Source: the human T2T-CHM13v2.0 reference genome, Homo sapiens
DNA: 64,000 nt
Assembly (NCBI RefSeq): GCF_009914755.1
Contig: NC_060937.1
Direction: 5' to 3' (one strand)
Made by a program: the position numbers and the translations under genes
Shown here: in pieces, positions 25,380-40,200 of the stretch
Numbering within the stretch: position 1 is the stretch's first letter
Layout of the letters: each line of letters opens with the position of its first letter
Notes under the pieces: generated by a model
The model's database searches: none
Told to the model about the DNA's origin: nothing
What the model saw: the letters and a program-made list of their open reading frames with translations, nothing else

Positions 25380-26110
25380 GAGGAGGTATTGACGTGGTCT
25401 TGAAGAATTAAGAAGGTTTCCCTATTGATCAAAAAACATGGCAAACATGTTGAACAATCTAACCTGAAGGATGGAACGGAGTTAGCCAGGCTAGGGGGCT
25501 GGGGTGAGAGCTGGAGTTCACAGCAACCGGAGAAGGAGGAACGCCAGGCTACAAAGCTTTTGGGACAGTGGGTTCCTAGACATGGCCCATTCGGTCAGTG
25601 TGCCTGAGGAGCAAAAACAAAGGGAGGGAGGCGAGGCCAGAGAAGAAGACAGAGGCAGGTGATTGGGAGCCTAGCTGGCCATTCTTAGGAGAAATGGGAA
25701 CCACAGAGGGCTCCTGGCATGAGAGTGGCATGATCAGATGGGAATGCTGAACAGCTCTCTGGTCACAGAGTAAGGATACAAGGAAGGCAAAATATGTGCA
25801 AGGACACCAGGTAGGAGTCCACAGCAGCTGTGTAGGCAACAGAGAATGACGGCATGGACCATCGCAGTGGCAACGGGGAAGGGAGAAGGAAACTGCTGAG
25901 GGACTTGTTTAGAAGCTAAAATCACGAGAATTTGATGATAAATTGGATATGGGGAAGTCGGGGAGAATAGCATGAGGGTGGCTGAAACTTCTGGATTGTA
26001 GGATGAACAATTCACTATTCATTTGTCTAATCCACTGAAATGAAAAGCTGTTTTTTAGACATGTTGAATTTGAGTAGTCCTCAAGACAACCAAGCCGAAT
26101 GTAAGTGTCT
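25380..26110 (-). mobile_element. L2 LINE fragment
   Basis: GGAGAAATGGGAACCACAGAGGG...GGCATGATCAGAT...TTTTAGACATGTTGAATTTGAG resembles the reverse L2 body. Confidence 0.65.
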
Positions 26111-26268
26111 CTCATATTAACATCAGGACTGCAGAAGAGGCAAGTCGCCCATTCCAGCTTTGGAAAACAGACTCAGACCAGGAAGGATTTCAGAAGAGAA
26201 AAATGCCTTTTTTTTAAATGCCTCCCACTTGAGCTATTAAAAGGAATATCAATTAAAAGTATTTAATG

Positions 26269-26324
26269 CATTAAAAGTAATGGCAAAACCAAAATTACTT
26301 TTGCACCAAGTAATTGGTGCAAAA
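26269..26324. mobile_element. Half MADE1 (Hsmar1 MITE) with fold-back end
   Basis: CATTAAAAGTAATGGCAAAACCAAAATTACTTTTGCACCAA is the MADE1 spacer plus one TIR; followed by GTAA-TTGGTGCAAAA. Confidence 0.8.
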
Positions 26325-27030
26325 TGAAGCCCACTTTAGCCTTCTTTATCTTTGTGAAACTTTTCTTTATGGAATATGCTACAGACACCACGAGTGTCAA
26401 CTGCTAGAGCAAGTTTCCGTGAAAATCCACGATGGAGAAAGCTGCAGAGTTGGTTAAGGCCCCACTATTCATTCATTTTTTTTTCATTTAATAGCTCATT
26501 TATTTATATATGTATAAGTACTCTCTTGTTATACTACATTTTTCAGTTTTACTTCTTATGGTTTTTATGTATGTCCACTTTTCCTGATTGGAATATAAGT
26601 TTCTTAAGGGCAGGAGCCTTCCTTTCATCCACTTATTCCCCCACAAGACCTAGGAAAATGACCTACCTGACAGGCTCTCAGTGAAGATCGCTTGAGCCAG
26701 TTGAGGTATCATTAGCTAAACTGACTGAACATCCTGGAAAGAGACATGAGAGCAGTTTTTGGATGTTGTTAATATACTGAAATCAGCAGGTATGCATGTG
26801 GCCTTTATAACTCTGCAGAGGGAAATGTTTATGCACTGGGTCACTCACTTATTCAACCAGCAAGCATTGCACACCATCACAAGCAAGACACCAAAGGGGA
26901 AGCAAAGGTGCTTTTTCTCCTGGGCATGGCCGGCGAGCACCAGGGGCCAGCTGGCAGTCACCATGGCCCATCTGTCTGGGGTGCTGGGTTGGTCTGGTGA
27001 TTCTCTCTCTGCAAACCAGACATAAGCCGC

Positions 27031-27380
27031 TGAGTTAGTTTGTTTGGGCTGCTATAACAAAATACTATAGACTTGGTGGCTAGTAAACAACAGGAACGTA
27101 TTTCTCACCATTCTGGAGGCTGGGATGTCTGAGCTCACTGCACCAGCAGACTTAGTGTCTGCTGAGGGCCTCTTCCTCAGGGACAGCTGTCTTCTCACTC
27201 TAAGCTCACAGAGTGGAAGGAGTGAGAGGTCTCTGTTGTGTCACTTTTATAAAGGCACTAATCCCATTCATGATGACTCCACTCCCATGACCTGATCCCC
27301 TTTCAGAGGCCTCACCTCCTGATACTGTCAACTTGGGGATGAGGATGGCAACATGTGAATTTGGGGGAACACAAACACAC
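27031..27380 (-). mobile_element. MaLR solo LTR (MLT1A-like)
   Basis: TTAGTTTGTTTGGGCTGCTATAACAAAATAC...TTCTCACCATTCTGGAGGCTGGGA...TTTGGGGGAACACAAACA. Confidence 0.82.
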
Positions 27381-29179
27381 CTGCTACATCCTCTGCTCAG
27401 CTAGATGGCTTGCAGAAAGGCACATATCTCCCCCAAATCACCCATGGTTGGATGATCTGATGTGTTTTCCAAAGCCAGAATGGCTTGGCTCAGCTACACT
27501 CCCAAGTGTGAGCATCAGAGATGCTTCAACTATTTAGAGTAACCACTTCAGAGGAGAGAGCTGGCGTAAAAGTTGAGACAGACGAGAGGTTTCTTGTCCA
27601 ACATTGCTGGCGAAACAAAGAGAAGCACACACCCCTCCCTGTTCCCCAGGGCTCTGAGACACTCCACATCCATTTCGTCGTCTCTCCATGCCAGCCGCCG
27701 GAGCACGCTCACTGCCATCAGGGCGGTAGGAAGATCCAGATCCCCTGTGGGGCAGGAGGAGGTCTGGGGATAGGGGCTCCATGGGAGGCCATCCTGGGCC
27801 CTACTGCCCACTGCCCAGGGGAAATCCCTCCCCAATAGCTGGGTAGTGCCCTCCAGGTCTACCAGATGCCCATCTGTAGTGCGCACTTCCACCCCAAAAT
27901 CAGGGCCTGATCCTGCAGAGCCTCTGCTCCCACCAGGACCCTTCCCTGACCACAGACCCTGAGCACACGGGTGAGTTCCTTTGTGCTCCATTTTCTCAAC
28001 TCTGCCGCAGAGAAGGAGGTTTTGCCCAATGCCAGGGGGCTACTGGGGAAATAACGCAAGGCTCTCCAATTCCTTCCAAGTGTAGAAGTGTTTTGTAGTC
28101 TCTAATCATTTTAATGGTCGTTAATAGTTTTTAAAAGTCACTTAGGAAGTAGTGGTTTACCAGAATCTCTGAACATGGGATAATTATGGATTAATTAAGC
28201 TATCCTGGCCTAAACACTGGGGCATCGAGGTCAGACACAACTGAATTGCCACCTTACTCTGTCAGCTTGCTTTTCAAGGTGTAAGAATTGTGTTGCAATA
28301 GACTACAGGACTTAACTTCGCAGTGATGAAACAGCAATGCATTTCTTTCATCAGCTTAACAATTTTTCTTTCATGCTGGCTAGTCGTTAAAATCAAAGTC
28401 TGTGCTGGCCCAGGAATGTTTAATTCTTCTCATATGTGTATTGTTATTTTTATACTTTTGATTATTTTCTTAATCTACTTTCCAGGCTTACTTATTTTAT
28501 CAGCTGAAAAGCTGGAAAATGTCCTTATGACTAAATACTTTGCTGTTTATTATTTTACTTATTTTTTTAGCCAAACCCTATGATAACATTCTAATTTGAT
28601 AATGTTCCATTAAACACATTAATAGGAGATGGAAAAGTATAACAATTAAGGAATGTTTTAGCAATTTTTAGGAAAATGCACCCTCTAACATAGAAACATT
28701 ATATTTAGCTTTTTGGAGCTTCAGTTAACCTGTAACAAATGATTTGCATTAACAAGCTGTAGGTATATTTATGTGCACATTTTGAGAAGTATGAACTAGA
28801 GGCAATATCATATGAATAATGTCCTGGAGTGGTAGTACGAAAATAAAAACTCATGTGCCTAATTCTAACACTCTCGTTACAATTAGCAAATCACTTAGCT
28901 TGCCTTCATTTCTCCATAAGGTGCATAGTGGAAATTATGTTAATACATTATAATAATGTTACTACGAAGAACTAAGAACAGCAGAAGGTATCCCACAAAT
29001 CCTGCAAAAAGAAGTGCCCAGTTAGAGCTTAGGTTTTAAATACATATTATCTACAAACAAAACCAATTTACATGCCATTTCTAATTTTTAAGATATAGCT
29101 AATAATCAAACTTGATCTCATTCTATGATGTAATAAATTTCTCCCCAAGAATGAAAATACAAATGTTAGAACTTAGGCT

Positions 29180-29503
29180 ATTATTATTTTATTTATTTAT
29201 TTATTTATTTATTATTTTTTGGAGAGGGAGTCTCTCTCTGCTGGCCAGGCTAGAGTGCAGTGGCGCGACTCGACTCACTTGCAACCTCCGCCTGCCGGGT
29301 TCAAGCAGTTCTGCTGCCTCAGCCTCCTGAGTTGCTGTGACTATAGGTGAGTGCCACCAAACACGGTTAATTTTTGTATTTTTAGTAGAGACGGGGTTTT
29401 ACTATGTTGGCCAGGCTGGTCTCGAACTCCTGACCTTGGGTGATCCGCCCGCCTCGGCCTCCGTAAGTGCTGGGATTACAAGCATGAGCCACCATGCCCA
29501 ACC
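29180..29503 (-). mobile_element. Alu with (TTTA)n tail
   Basis: Full dimer on the minus strand. Confidence 0.93.
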
Positions 29504-30204
29504 AGCTGTTGTATTTTTTTATGGCAAAAACTGCAACAAAGAAGAGAAATTCAAAATAATTATTTGCAAGTGATATTTATCTGTTTAAAGAAAGCTTAGT
29601 ATGAAAACGACCATGCTAAGCCCTCTTTAATGTTTTGACTCCACTGAAGTCAGAATTCCTTTTGTAAATTCGTACTTCCTTCACATTTTTTTTTAGCAGC
29701 TAAAACTTCCATGGTACTCAAGTTTTACATTTAATTTTTAGAAAGTAGCTATGGAAGCAATCAACATCTGCGCTGACATCTGAAAATAAGTATTGAGAAA
29801 AAATTGGGAAAACAATAAGATTAAGTAACTCATTTACAGAACGAGTCTAAATTAACCACAGGTACAAATGTCTTAAGGTAGCAAAAATTTGAAACTAGAT
29901 GTTTGGATGCTTTAGAAAGCTGAACTTTTCTGTGTTTCAGGCATAATTTTTCTAAACAAGTTTTTTCAAAATAATTAGAAAAGGAAACAAATCCTTATTA
30001 ACTATACATATATATATATTTATATTTAGTCACAATCTATTTCTCAGGTGGTATTGTGAAACTGTTAACTTCCACTACAAAAATGTATTGTGAGCAGAGC
30101 TTAAAGAAATATTATTGTTTAATATAATACCAACTGTTACAATAATTTCACTTTGCTTTGGGGGTTGGCCTTGCTTCTCTTACTACTTTGCTCAGCGTAT
30201 TAAA

Positions 30205-30605
30205 AGATACTGAAAAGGGCAAAGCTATGGAAGCAGTAAAAAGATCAGTGGTTGCCAAGGGTTAGTGGAGAGGGTGGGCTGAATCAGCAGAGCACAGAGG
30301 ATTTTTAGGGCAGTGAAACTACGCTGTGTGACACTGCAGGTACAATGGTGGATACGTGTTACTATACATTGTCCAAGCCCATACGAAATACACCAAGAGT
30401 GAACCCTAATGTAAGCTATAGATTCTGAGTGATGATGGTGTGCCAGTGCAGGTTTATCCACTGTAATAAACGGACCACTCCGTGGGGGATGTTTTTAGTG
30501 GGGGCTTTGCATGCGTGGGGGAAGAGGAAATACGGAAAATCTCTGTGCCTCCTGCTCAGTTTTACTGTGAACTGACAACTACTCTCTAAAAAGTGTAATT
30601 TTAAA
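30205..30605 (+). mobile_element. L1MC-type LINE 3' end
   Basis: AAAAGATCAGTGGTTGCCAAGGG...GAGCACAGAGGATTTTTAGGGCAGTGAAACT...GTGAACCCTAATGTAAGCTAT. Confidence 0.8.
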
Positions 30606-31164
30606 AACTTTTTAGAATATTATGTGCATTATATAAGTTAAAATCTTCACATATAAACCTTTTAATCTATATTTCTATTTTATGAAGGACATGAATGCAC
30701 CTAACAGTCTGAGAACAGCTGGAAATTTGCTTTTCCTCATGTCTTTCACTGCTGAACATTTCCAAACAGTTCTCTTTTTTGAAGCCAGACATCTTGAAAT
30801 ACTGAATTTTCCAAGTCCCGTTGTTCCTGCTGACCACACTCTCCTTCTCCATGGGCTAGTTTTGCCACATTCTGCTATGGAAGGGGTTCGCCCTATCCAC
30901 ACCTGATGTGCAGGTTTCTCCTTAACTAACCTATTTTTTCCTTCCTTCTCACAATTTCTACTCACCACCATCTTACATTCACAGGAGAAGGTCAAGCAAA
31001 GAGAAACAGGATGCACAAAATGCCTGGGGTGGGCTTAGCATCCACTGAGAGTATATTTGTTGAATGAATGAAAAAACAAAGTAATATTTAATTTATTTAC
31101 ATCCAGGCTTCAACTTCACAGTTATTCCTGTATGCAGCTTGTAGTTAAGATTATGAATGAAGGA

Positions 31165-31455
31165 AAAGCCGCCTTCCTGTCTCCAGCCCTCCCAGGTGAT
31201 TTTTGGCATGTAGCACTCACGCCAGTCTCTACCTCTGCTGCCCCATGGGCTTCCCCCATCTCTGTCTTCACCTGGCATTTTCGTCTCCTCCTCTGACTTG
31301 GCAGACCAGTCGCATTGGATTAGGATCACCCTAATAACCTCACCCTGACTTGGTCATATCTGCAAAGACCCTATTTCCAAATGAGGTCACATTCCCAGGT
31401 CGTGGGAGTTAGGGCTTGAACATATCTATTTGAAGGACATGACTCAACCCATAAC
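31165..31455 (-). mobile_element. MLT1 LTR fragment
   Basis: CATTGGATTAGGATCACCCTAAT...TCTGCAAAGACCCTATTTCCAAATGAGGTCACATTC. Confidence 0.72.
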
Positions 31456-32171
31456 ATAGACCTTCCCAGACTGGAAGTGCCCCGTGCCTCCAAACTACAC
31501 CTGAACAAGGGTGACAGCAAAAATGGCAGTGGCAGCAGTAGCAATAAAATACACTTAAACAAAAAAATGCCCAACGATGATTTGGAACAGCTTAATGTTT
31601 CTTTATTCTAGAAGTGCTCATTCTGAACGAGTTGACGATCAACATTGAGAAAGGAAAAGAAATCTCTACATGTTGACTTTATGAAAGTCAACGAATTACT
31701 TTTGTGTAAGTTTTCAATGCCTAACTTCAGCTGGTCATTGCAGAGGAGATAATGTAATATGTATTTATATAAAAATTTTAGAAAATCTGTGGTTTTGCCC
31801 AATCATGTGAAACCTTTTGGTGAACTGACAAGGTTTTGCAGAAGCAAGACGGGAGGTGTTTAGGGTGCATACCTGTCATTCTGTCCGGCGTGCGCATGAG
31901 CCAGCCTCTAACCTACTTGTGATGGGGGTCAGCTTGGTAAGTTCTTGCTGGTTACCGGAATGCATGCAGAGAAATGCTCTAATTCCTTCCCACTGGACTC
32001 ACAAGTCCAAGGTTAAGGAGCAAGGTTAGGCAAGTAGGTAAGATGGCTTTAAGTATGTCATCCTGCAGACTCGGAGTAAATGTCATTACCTAGGCTCTCA
32101 TTCAAAACATAGACATTCATAGTTTATAGCTTTTGATGGCATCGTCATTTATTTGTGGGGCTTGGGGGTGG

Positions 32172-32462
32172 TTTTTGAGACAAGGTCTTGCCCTGTCACC
32201 TGGGCTACAGTGCAGTGGCATGTCACAATCATGGCTTACTGGAGTCTCGAACTCCTGGGCTCAAGCGATTCTCCTGCCTCAGCCACTTGAGTAGCAAGGA
32301 TTACAGGCACATGCCATCATACCCATCTCATTTTTAATTTTTTGTAGAGATGGGGTCATCCTATAGTTGCCCAGGCTGGTCTGGAACTCTTGGGCTCAAA
32401 CTGTTCTCCTGCTCAGCTTCCCAAAATGTTGGGATTACAGGCATAAGCCTCTGTTCCCAGCT
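32172..32462 (-). mobile_element. Alu (AluJ-like)
   Basis: GAGACAAGGTCTTGCCCTGTCACC...CTCGAACTCCTGGGCTCAAGCGAT; J-type features. Confidence 0.88.
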
Positions 32463-33321
32463 GGCATAGTTATAAGTTGAGAACATAGATAGAAAAAAAT
32501 AGCATATGAAAAGTAAGATCTCACCTGCCCTCTCTGCTCCACCCAACAGTCATGGCACGCCTCATAGATGCTGTTCTCATTAACTCCTTGTTCTGGCCCT
32601 CCAGCAGTATACTGAAGGTGAAATCTGTCCAACATCCGTTGGCTTTTTAGCTATACAAAAATTTAGGGAGAAAATATTTTCTGTTCTTTTAAAAAAGTAT
32701 AAACAAAATTTGGCAGGTTTTTTTTTTTAAGGTGTGAGCCTTAAAGACTGAGACCATGATAATTCTAATTTCTAATGAGGCAGTTCAGTCCTGCACCTCC
32801 GAGGCCCTCAAGCCCACTCTGAGCCTGGGAGAGGCCATTGCCTGGCTGGTGTTCCATGTGATTAAGGTGGCATGAGTGAGGAATGCTGGCCTAGGTTCGA
32901 TTGTAAAGTTCTAGGATTCTGTGCTGCTGTATGGAGCTTAGCTGATAAATGGAGCCCAAAAGTTGTGTGATAATCAAAGACAGATATAGGATACACATAT
33001 GTAAGGTGAAGTGTGGGGGGTGGGGGGTTTTGCGGGATAGAAAATACCAGATCACTACTTCAAAGCTGAAATATCTTATTGTCCCCATGAGCTAACCATA
33101 AATACCAGTAGATTTTAAAGTTTTTTTAATTTTGTTTTTATTCATTTTCTCTGCTTAAGGAGAGCACAGGCCAATTACTTTGTGAGAGAACAGTAGTTCT
33201 CCATCCATTTAATTCATTCATTTATTGATGCACATTTATGGATTGACTAATTAGAACAGGCTGCCAAAGATCAAGGCAGAGAGGAAGAGACAGGAGCAGT
33301 GCCGCAGTGTCCACGTCCTGC

Positions 33322-33625
33322 AGGCTTCCACACCTGTAATCCCGGCACTTTGGTAGGCCAAGGCAGGTGGACACTTGAGTCCAGGAGTTCAAGACTAGCC
33401 TGGGCAACCTGGTGAGAGCCCGTTTCTACAAAAAATACAATACTTAGTCAGGTGTGGTGGCATGCGCCTGTAGTCCCAGCTACTCGGGAGGCTAAGGTAG
33501 GAGGAGGATTACTTGAGCCCTGGAGGTCAAAGCTGCAGTGAGCCAAGATCCAGCCACTGCACTGCAGCCTAGGCAACAGAGTAAGACTCAGTCTCAAAAA
33601 CAAAAACAAAACAAAACAAAAAAAC
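33322..33625 (+). mobile_element. Alu (AluJ-like), degenerate head
   Basis: CACCTGTAATCCCGGCACTTTGG...GGAGGTCAAAGCTGCAGTGAGCC, (CAAAA)n tail. Confidence 0.88.
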
Positions 33626-34000
33626 ACCTAATTTTTTTTTAAAAAAAAGGAAGGAGAAATGTCACTAACCATTGGATTTAGCAACACCAAGGATAGAAAA
33701 TGTTTGAGAAGTTTTAGTGTGAAGGGACACAAAAACAGTTGAGTCTTATTGCCAGAGGACAAAGAAAGAGCTGGGCACCCACACCCAACCCAGGAGTTTG
33801 GTGGGACACTCTGAAGAAGGTTAGGTCTAAAATCACTGGAAACCTGGAGGGATTTTCATGCTCTGTTAAGGACCACACACTTTAGCCTCTAAACAGTGGA
33901 GACCCTAGCAAAAAATGCTTGCTGTGGATAGATGTTGTCATTAAATTCTATGGCTACCAGAGGTGTATGGAATGGAACAGCAGTCAAGGAGGGTGGATCA

Positions 34001-34332
<332 letters not shown>

Positions 34333-36020
34333 AAGCAAAAGGTGATGACAGTCTGAAGGACACAGAGCTGGAATCATATTTTAGGAAGTAAGATCGTCCT
34401 ATATTTGCTCTAAGGTAGGAATAAGAAAGAAAAATTCACCAGTTTGTGAGACTGACCAGAAGGAGAGAATACAAAACATAGAGCTAGTTTTGTTCATTTC
34501 GCTTTGCTCTTTGTTGGTTGAGTTGGAAAACTGATAAAGTGAATTTTTGGCCTTCTTGAATTTGAGGTGTCTGTGCAACGGTTAGATGAAGATGCTTTGC
34601 GAGGTGAGATATGGACATCTGAAGTTGCAGAGAGACAGCTTGGCTGAAGTCATCGGCTTGCACGCTGTGCTTGGCGCCATGGGGTCAATGGCATCACTGA
34701 GAAGAGCAGTGCAGCAAGGACACAGCCCCGGAGACTTCCAGAGTCTCAGAGATTCACAGGGAGTTTTGGATGTCCGAGATGCACACTGTGTTGATTGAAA
34801 GTTTGGTTAACGCAGACAGCCCTGCTGGTTGATAGCAAAGGTAAAGATGGGGAAAATTATTTTGAATGCGCCAACAGCTCACATTTCGAACTCTTTTTTT
34901 CCCTCCATACGTAAGCCAACATGTGAAGGAAGCATCTTTATTATAGTCTTCTTCCCTCTTGTTTTCTTACTGTGAGTCTGAAGTTACTACCTGCAGGAGT
35001 TCCAACAGTAATGTCAAAGCCAAAAGGTTCAGAAGCCAGCTCTAATGGGTTGATGGGCTGCTAAGAACCATCTATGAGGCTTAGGAAAGTGGATCGTCAG
35101 GTGACACTCAGTGTGTGCTGCAGAACTAAGAGCAGGCAATGGATTGAAAGCAAAAACAGAGAGATTTATCAGAGACAGAGTGTTGCTGACTAACCTCAAT
35201 ATAGGGGGAAAATGTGGATTTTTATTAAAGTGGTGAGTAGCACATAAGCCTTCATTCTTATCCTGCTGCATCCCTTAGGCTACCTATAAAACCATATTGA
35301 GAAACTGTATTTTTCTAAATCATGAGGCGATTTCTTGGTATGAGTCCCAGAATCTTCCTGACCATGTGCTTGGTGAGGGGCGGGCATAAAGGGATTGAAA
35401 TAATTTCCTCCCTTGGGCCATGGATAAATATATCTGACAACTCTGGATGTATTTCCCTTCAGTCCCTAAGAGTAGCTTTGAATTTTGGGGTAAACTCTGT
35501 GCAATGTGAGGATGAAATCCGGGTGACTCTGGGTGACGAAACGAGGGAATGCTGCTTCCCAGCCCTGAACAGGGATTGAAACTAAAGTTTCAGGCAGTGG
35601 GGAAAAAGGGAGGGGTTGCGTTCTGGACAATGAATATGAGTGAGTTCACTGATGACACCTAGGTGAAAGGCTGAAATCTGTGGCAAAAAAATGAGGCCGT
35701 CTACTTTAAAAACGTCAGGTGGAGGAGGCAGCACACAAAAAAATACGATTACAAAAACATGCGGAACATCTGCAAATCTAATTCTTTGCTTTGCGTGTTT
35801 AAGAAAAACTGCAGAAAAGTAGAGAAAATAACAAAACAAACACCTGTGCAGCTACTACCCAGAATCTACAAATGCCAACATTCTGCTGTATTTAATTCTT
35901 TTTAAAGAAAAGTGAGAAAACATTTTTAAGAAAGTGAACTATCCTTCCCTTTTCCTGTCTCCAGCCTGGTGCTCATAAACCACCCTCATGAGAATTTGAT
36001 GTATGTATTTCCCAACCATG

Positions 36021-36022
<2 letters not shown>

Positions 36023-36051
<29 letters not shown>
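36023..36051. repeat. (AC)n microsatellite
   Basis: About 14 perfect AC units. Confidence 0.9.
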
Positions 36052-36831
36052 AGTTACTGTGGCTTTTAAAAAAGGACTTATGTATAATATTGTACTGCAC
36101 TATATAATTCTGCATCCTGCTGTTTTGGGTTCACGGTACCTTTTTGATGTCTATTTCACGGTAATACGTGTGTCTCCTATTCATTTCAATTATCGTGTAC
36201 CCATGTCAGCTTTACTGTATGAAGGTACAATATATAGTTATCTCATTTAAATTGTTATACATTCACTTAAATTCCATGATATCAATATATTACAGTTTTT
36301 TATTCATTCGCGGCCCTGGGATGAATACCCTTGCTCGTGTTTCCTGCTGCTCGCCCACATGAATGTGTCTAGGATACATGCCTCGAAGTAGAAATGCATA
36401 TCTGAAATTTTCACAATCACCAGTCTTCTCCCTAAAGATGTTGAACCAATCTATTTTCCCGACAAAATACATCAGTGTTGTTTGGAGGTCCCTCACAAAA
36501 AAAGAGTTGGCTATTCAGTTGGCCAAGTCTCATGGATGTCTGACAATTTAGACCAGCATTTTAATGAATGATAGGAAAGCCTTACAGAGCACAGAGGACT
36601 TTGTGGCTGACTGGATTACTGTCGGCCAATATTCTGGTGACCCTCTCTGCAGGGCGCTTCTTGTGGTAACCCTCATTGTGGGAGAATTGCACAATTCTGG
36701 CCCTGCGTGCTTTTGCCTGCAACATAGCATTAGAAAGTGATGTGTGTCATTTCTGAACAGAGGTTTTAGGAGCCAGCCTGTGGCTCACCATATCTATTTC
36801 CTCTACCCACCCTTTTTCCAGAAAAAGATCA

Positions 36832-37229
<398 letters not shown>

Positions 37230-40200
37230 ACTTCCGTAGTGGAATCCACATAAATGGTGTGGCCATTTGTTGTTGGGGCATTACCTAACCTATCCTGATG
37301 TAGACACCTTCAGACTGAAGAGAGCCAGGAATGGTAGCAGCTGCAGTGAAATTAAAGGAATGACTGCGTACATGCTGTGTGCTAAGGAATATGTTTTTAG
37401 GGCTGTGCTAATACTGCTCGAGGGTGAGATAGAAATGCTATGTTTTATTAATTTAGAGCTATGTTATCAGAAATGTAGAAGTTTCATAATTCCCTATAAT
37501 TGCTATATGTAACAGAGGAGAGCAGGAAAAATCCAACCTTTTACACCGAGGGAAATAAAAATAAGTAGTCTGCATACTTGGAAACCTTTTTTTAAAAAAA
37601 TTTTTTGTCTTAACACCCAGGATTTCAGAGACGTTGAACAGTTCTGTCTTCCCTGAATGTCACAACGTATTTTGTTGTGTTCAATTTTGGTAGGTGGGGG
37701 GCAATTTAAAAAAAAAAAAATTATAATTTAGTATTTTACTTACTATCATTTAAAAAGGGTCAAAACACCTGAGGAGCTTTTTAAATATATAGATCCTCAG
37801 TCCTGAATGAGCACCTTTAGGGACGAGGTCTAGAAGCTGTATGAATTTATGCATACTGTGATGTGTGGTCAGATTTAGGTTTTACTGAATGTTCATATCT
37901 ATGGGTATGATATTTTCAATTGTAAGTTTTTTGGAAAAGAATTGTTTTCTAACTCTGTCATTCTTATTCTTAATTTTTAGTTTTAAAATATCTTTCATTT
38001 ATGAAATAGTGAAAACGGTAAATAGTAATAGTAAGGATATTTTAAATCACTTCTTTTAATGCTGTACTTGGCAAAATAAAAAACTGGAAATCCTAAAAAA
38101 TATAAATATAATAAAATAAAAAATGATCAAGATGTACAGCTTGGAAAGTAACGTAATTTTTACTAAGGCAATCAAAATGTGAAAAAATTACAAAGTCTGT
38201 TTTTTCAGAATTATGAGTTCTGGTGTTACAGAGTAGAAAAAGATAAGCTACAAAGGGTATGAGAATGAATGCTCAATGTTTTCTGGAAATCCAATCAGGT
38301 ATCATTAAGCAATAGATACTGTTAAGCCCTCATAATATGCTAGTTATAGTGTTGTGTAAAGGGGAGAGACTCAAAGAAATATAAACCACAATTTCTGTCT
38401 TCCCAGACCTCAAAACACATGAGCCAATTGTATATAAACATACAGAAAAACATCCAGTGGTACCGATAAAAACCACAGGACTGGGGCAGATGAAGAGAGT
38501 TCAAAAGAGGGAGGAGGTCCCAGGCTGCCAGACACTTCCATTGCCCTTGTCCAAGGTCAAACAACCAGCAAATGGCAGAGCTCAGACTGGACCTTGTGTT
38601 CTGTGGACTCTAAAGCACAGCTCTGTAATTTAGAGATTGCGAGCTGGTGGTCCAGGAGTTGGATCCAGTCCACAGACAGGTCTTTACTGTCATTGTTTAG
38701 GTCTGCACAGTTTCATAAACTTGAGGCAACATTTAATAACTTGGAACATTCATGTGAAAACCCACGTCTGGCAACTCTAAGCAACCCCTTCCCGCAGGCC
38801 AGAGTTCACTGGTGGTTCGCATAGATGGCGTATGGACTCTCCATCCACCCATTCTTACTACTCCCATGATGAATGCATGGGCAGCCACTACAGCCCTCCT
38901 CTGATCCTCCCAGTCTGCCCCAGTGGCCCCATTCTCTGATCAGTCATCATCGGGGTGTTATGCAGATGTGATCTGGCCTGATCTGGCTCCTCTAAGAAGC
39001 TCCCCAACCTCTCCACCTTTTCTTACCCCCAACCAGGAGGCAAACTATGGTTTACATAAAAGAGATACCCCTGTGTGCCTAGCATTGAAAGATTTAGTTC
39101 CCAAACTGTCAAATGTCACCTACACTGCACCTGGTTCCTGGTTCCATTTCCTCAGCCTCCTCTGCTACTGCTGTCTCAGTCTAATCTCTGTTTATCCCTT
39201 TCCTTGTCATTCCAATTTGATGCATGATCTACCTTCTCTTAGTCTGTGACCTCAGCTCTCCTCCTGCCTCTGGCTTTCATCTCTCTCTTCTCTTTGACAA
39301 AACAAACAACCTTCCTGTCCACACCCAGCCTGGTCCACTGGCGCCCTGGACCCATCCTCCCATCGGCCACCCCACAGCCAGAAGCCTCACAGGCAGGAGC
39401 TAGCATAGCCCAGTTTGTTGCCAAGTTTATTGCTATTTAAGTATTTTATTTATTTATTGGTTTAGTTTGTCTCTTTTTAATTATTTCCTGAAACAAATAT
39501 TTAGAAGAAATGCCCAGATATAATAAAATGGTTAAAATAGGAAAACAGGAAAAGCAAGGTAAGAATCACTAATAATTGTACTAAAAACTAAGGTTAGACC
39601 ATAGCTGTTGTTACAATGGCATTTTCACCAGCTCTGAGCTTCATAAGCAACCACAGCGAAAACCGCAACGGAAAGGGTAGAGTCACTCTGAGTTAATAGA
39701 GTTTATATGACCTAATTCTCAAATGAAAGAAGCATATCTGTGCATTTGAAGAAAAGGGAATTCTGCTATTAAACTCTACGAAAAAATAAAAGACTTACCG
39801 AGGAAATAATTTTTTACAACAATGAACTATTTCTCTGAGTATCAAAGATAAACAAAGCCGACTCTTCCCTCAAAGGAGAATCTTAAACCAGCAAGAACGG
39901 AACATTTTATGAAAGGAAAAGATGCATTCCGCCTTTCAGTTTAAAAGTACTCTCCAGTACTGTCAACATCGGCTTGGTTGGAATGTTCCCTTCATGGGAA
40001 TGAACAGGAATCTTGACCCTTTCTGTTGTCTTTGACATGATCTAATTTCACTGAATGCTACTATAACTTGCTAGCTTTAATTACCACTTAGCACCTGAAA
40101 ATTGATACTTTGAAGGCCACTAAGAAGAGCTTTCTAAGCGTCCTCTAAAGCGACACTATCTTTCTTGACAGGTCCATTGTGTGAAATAGACTCATCATTT

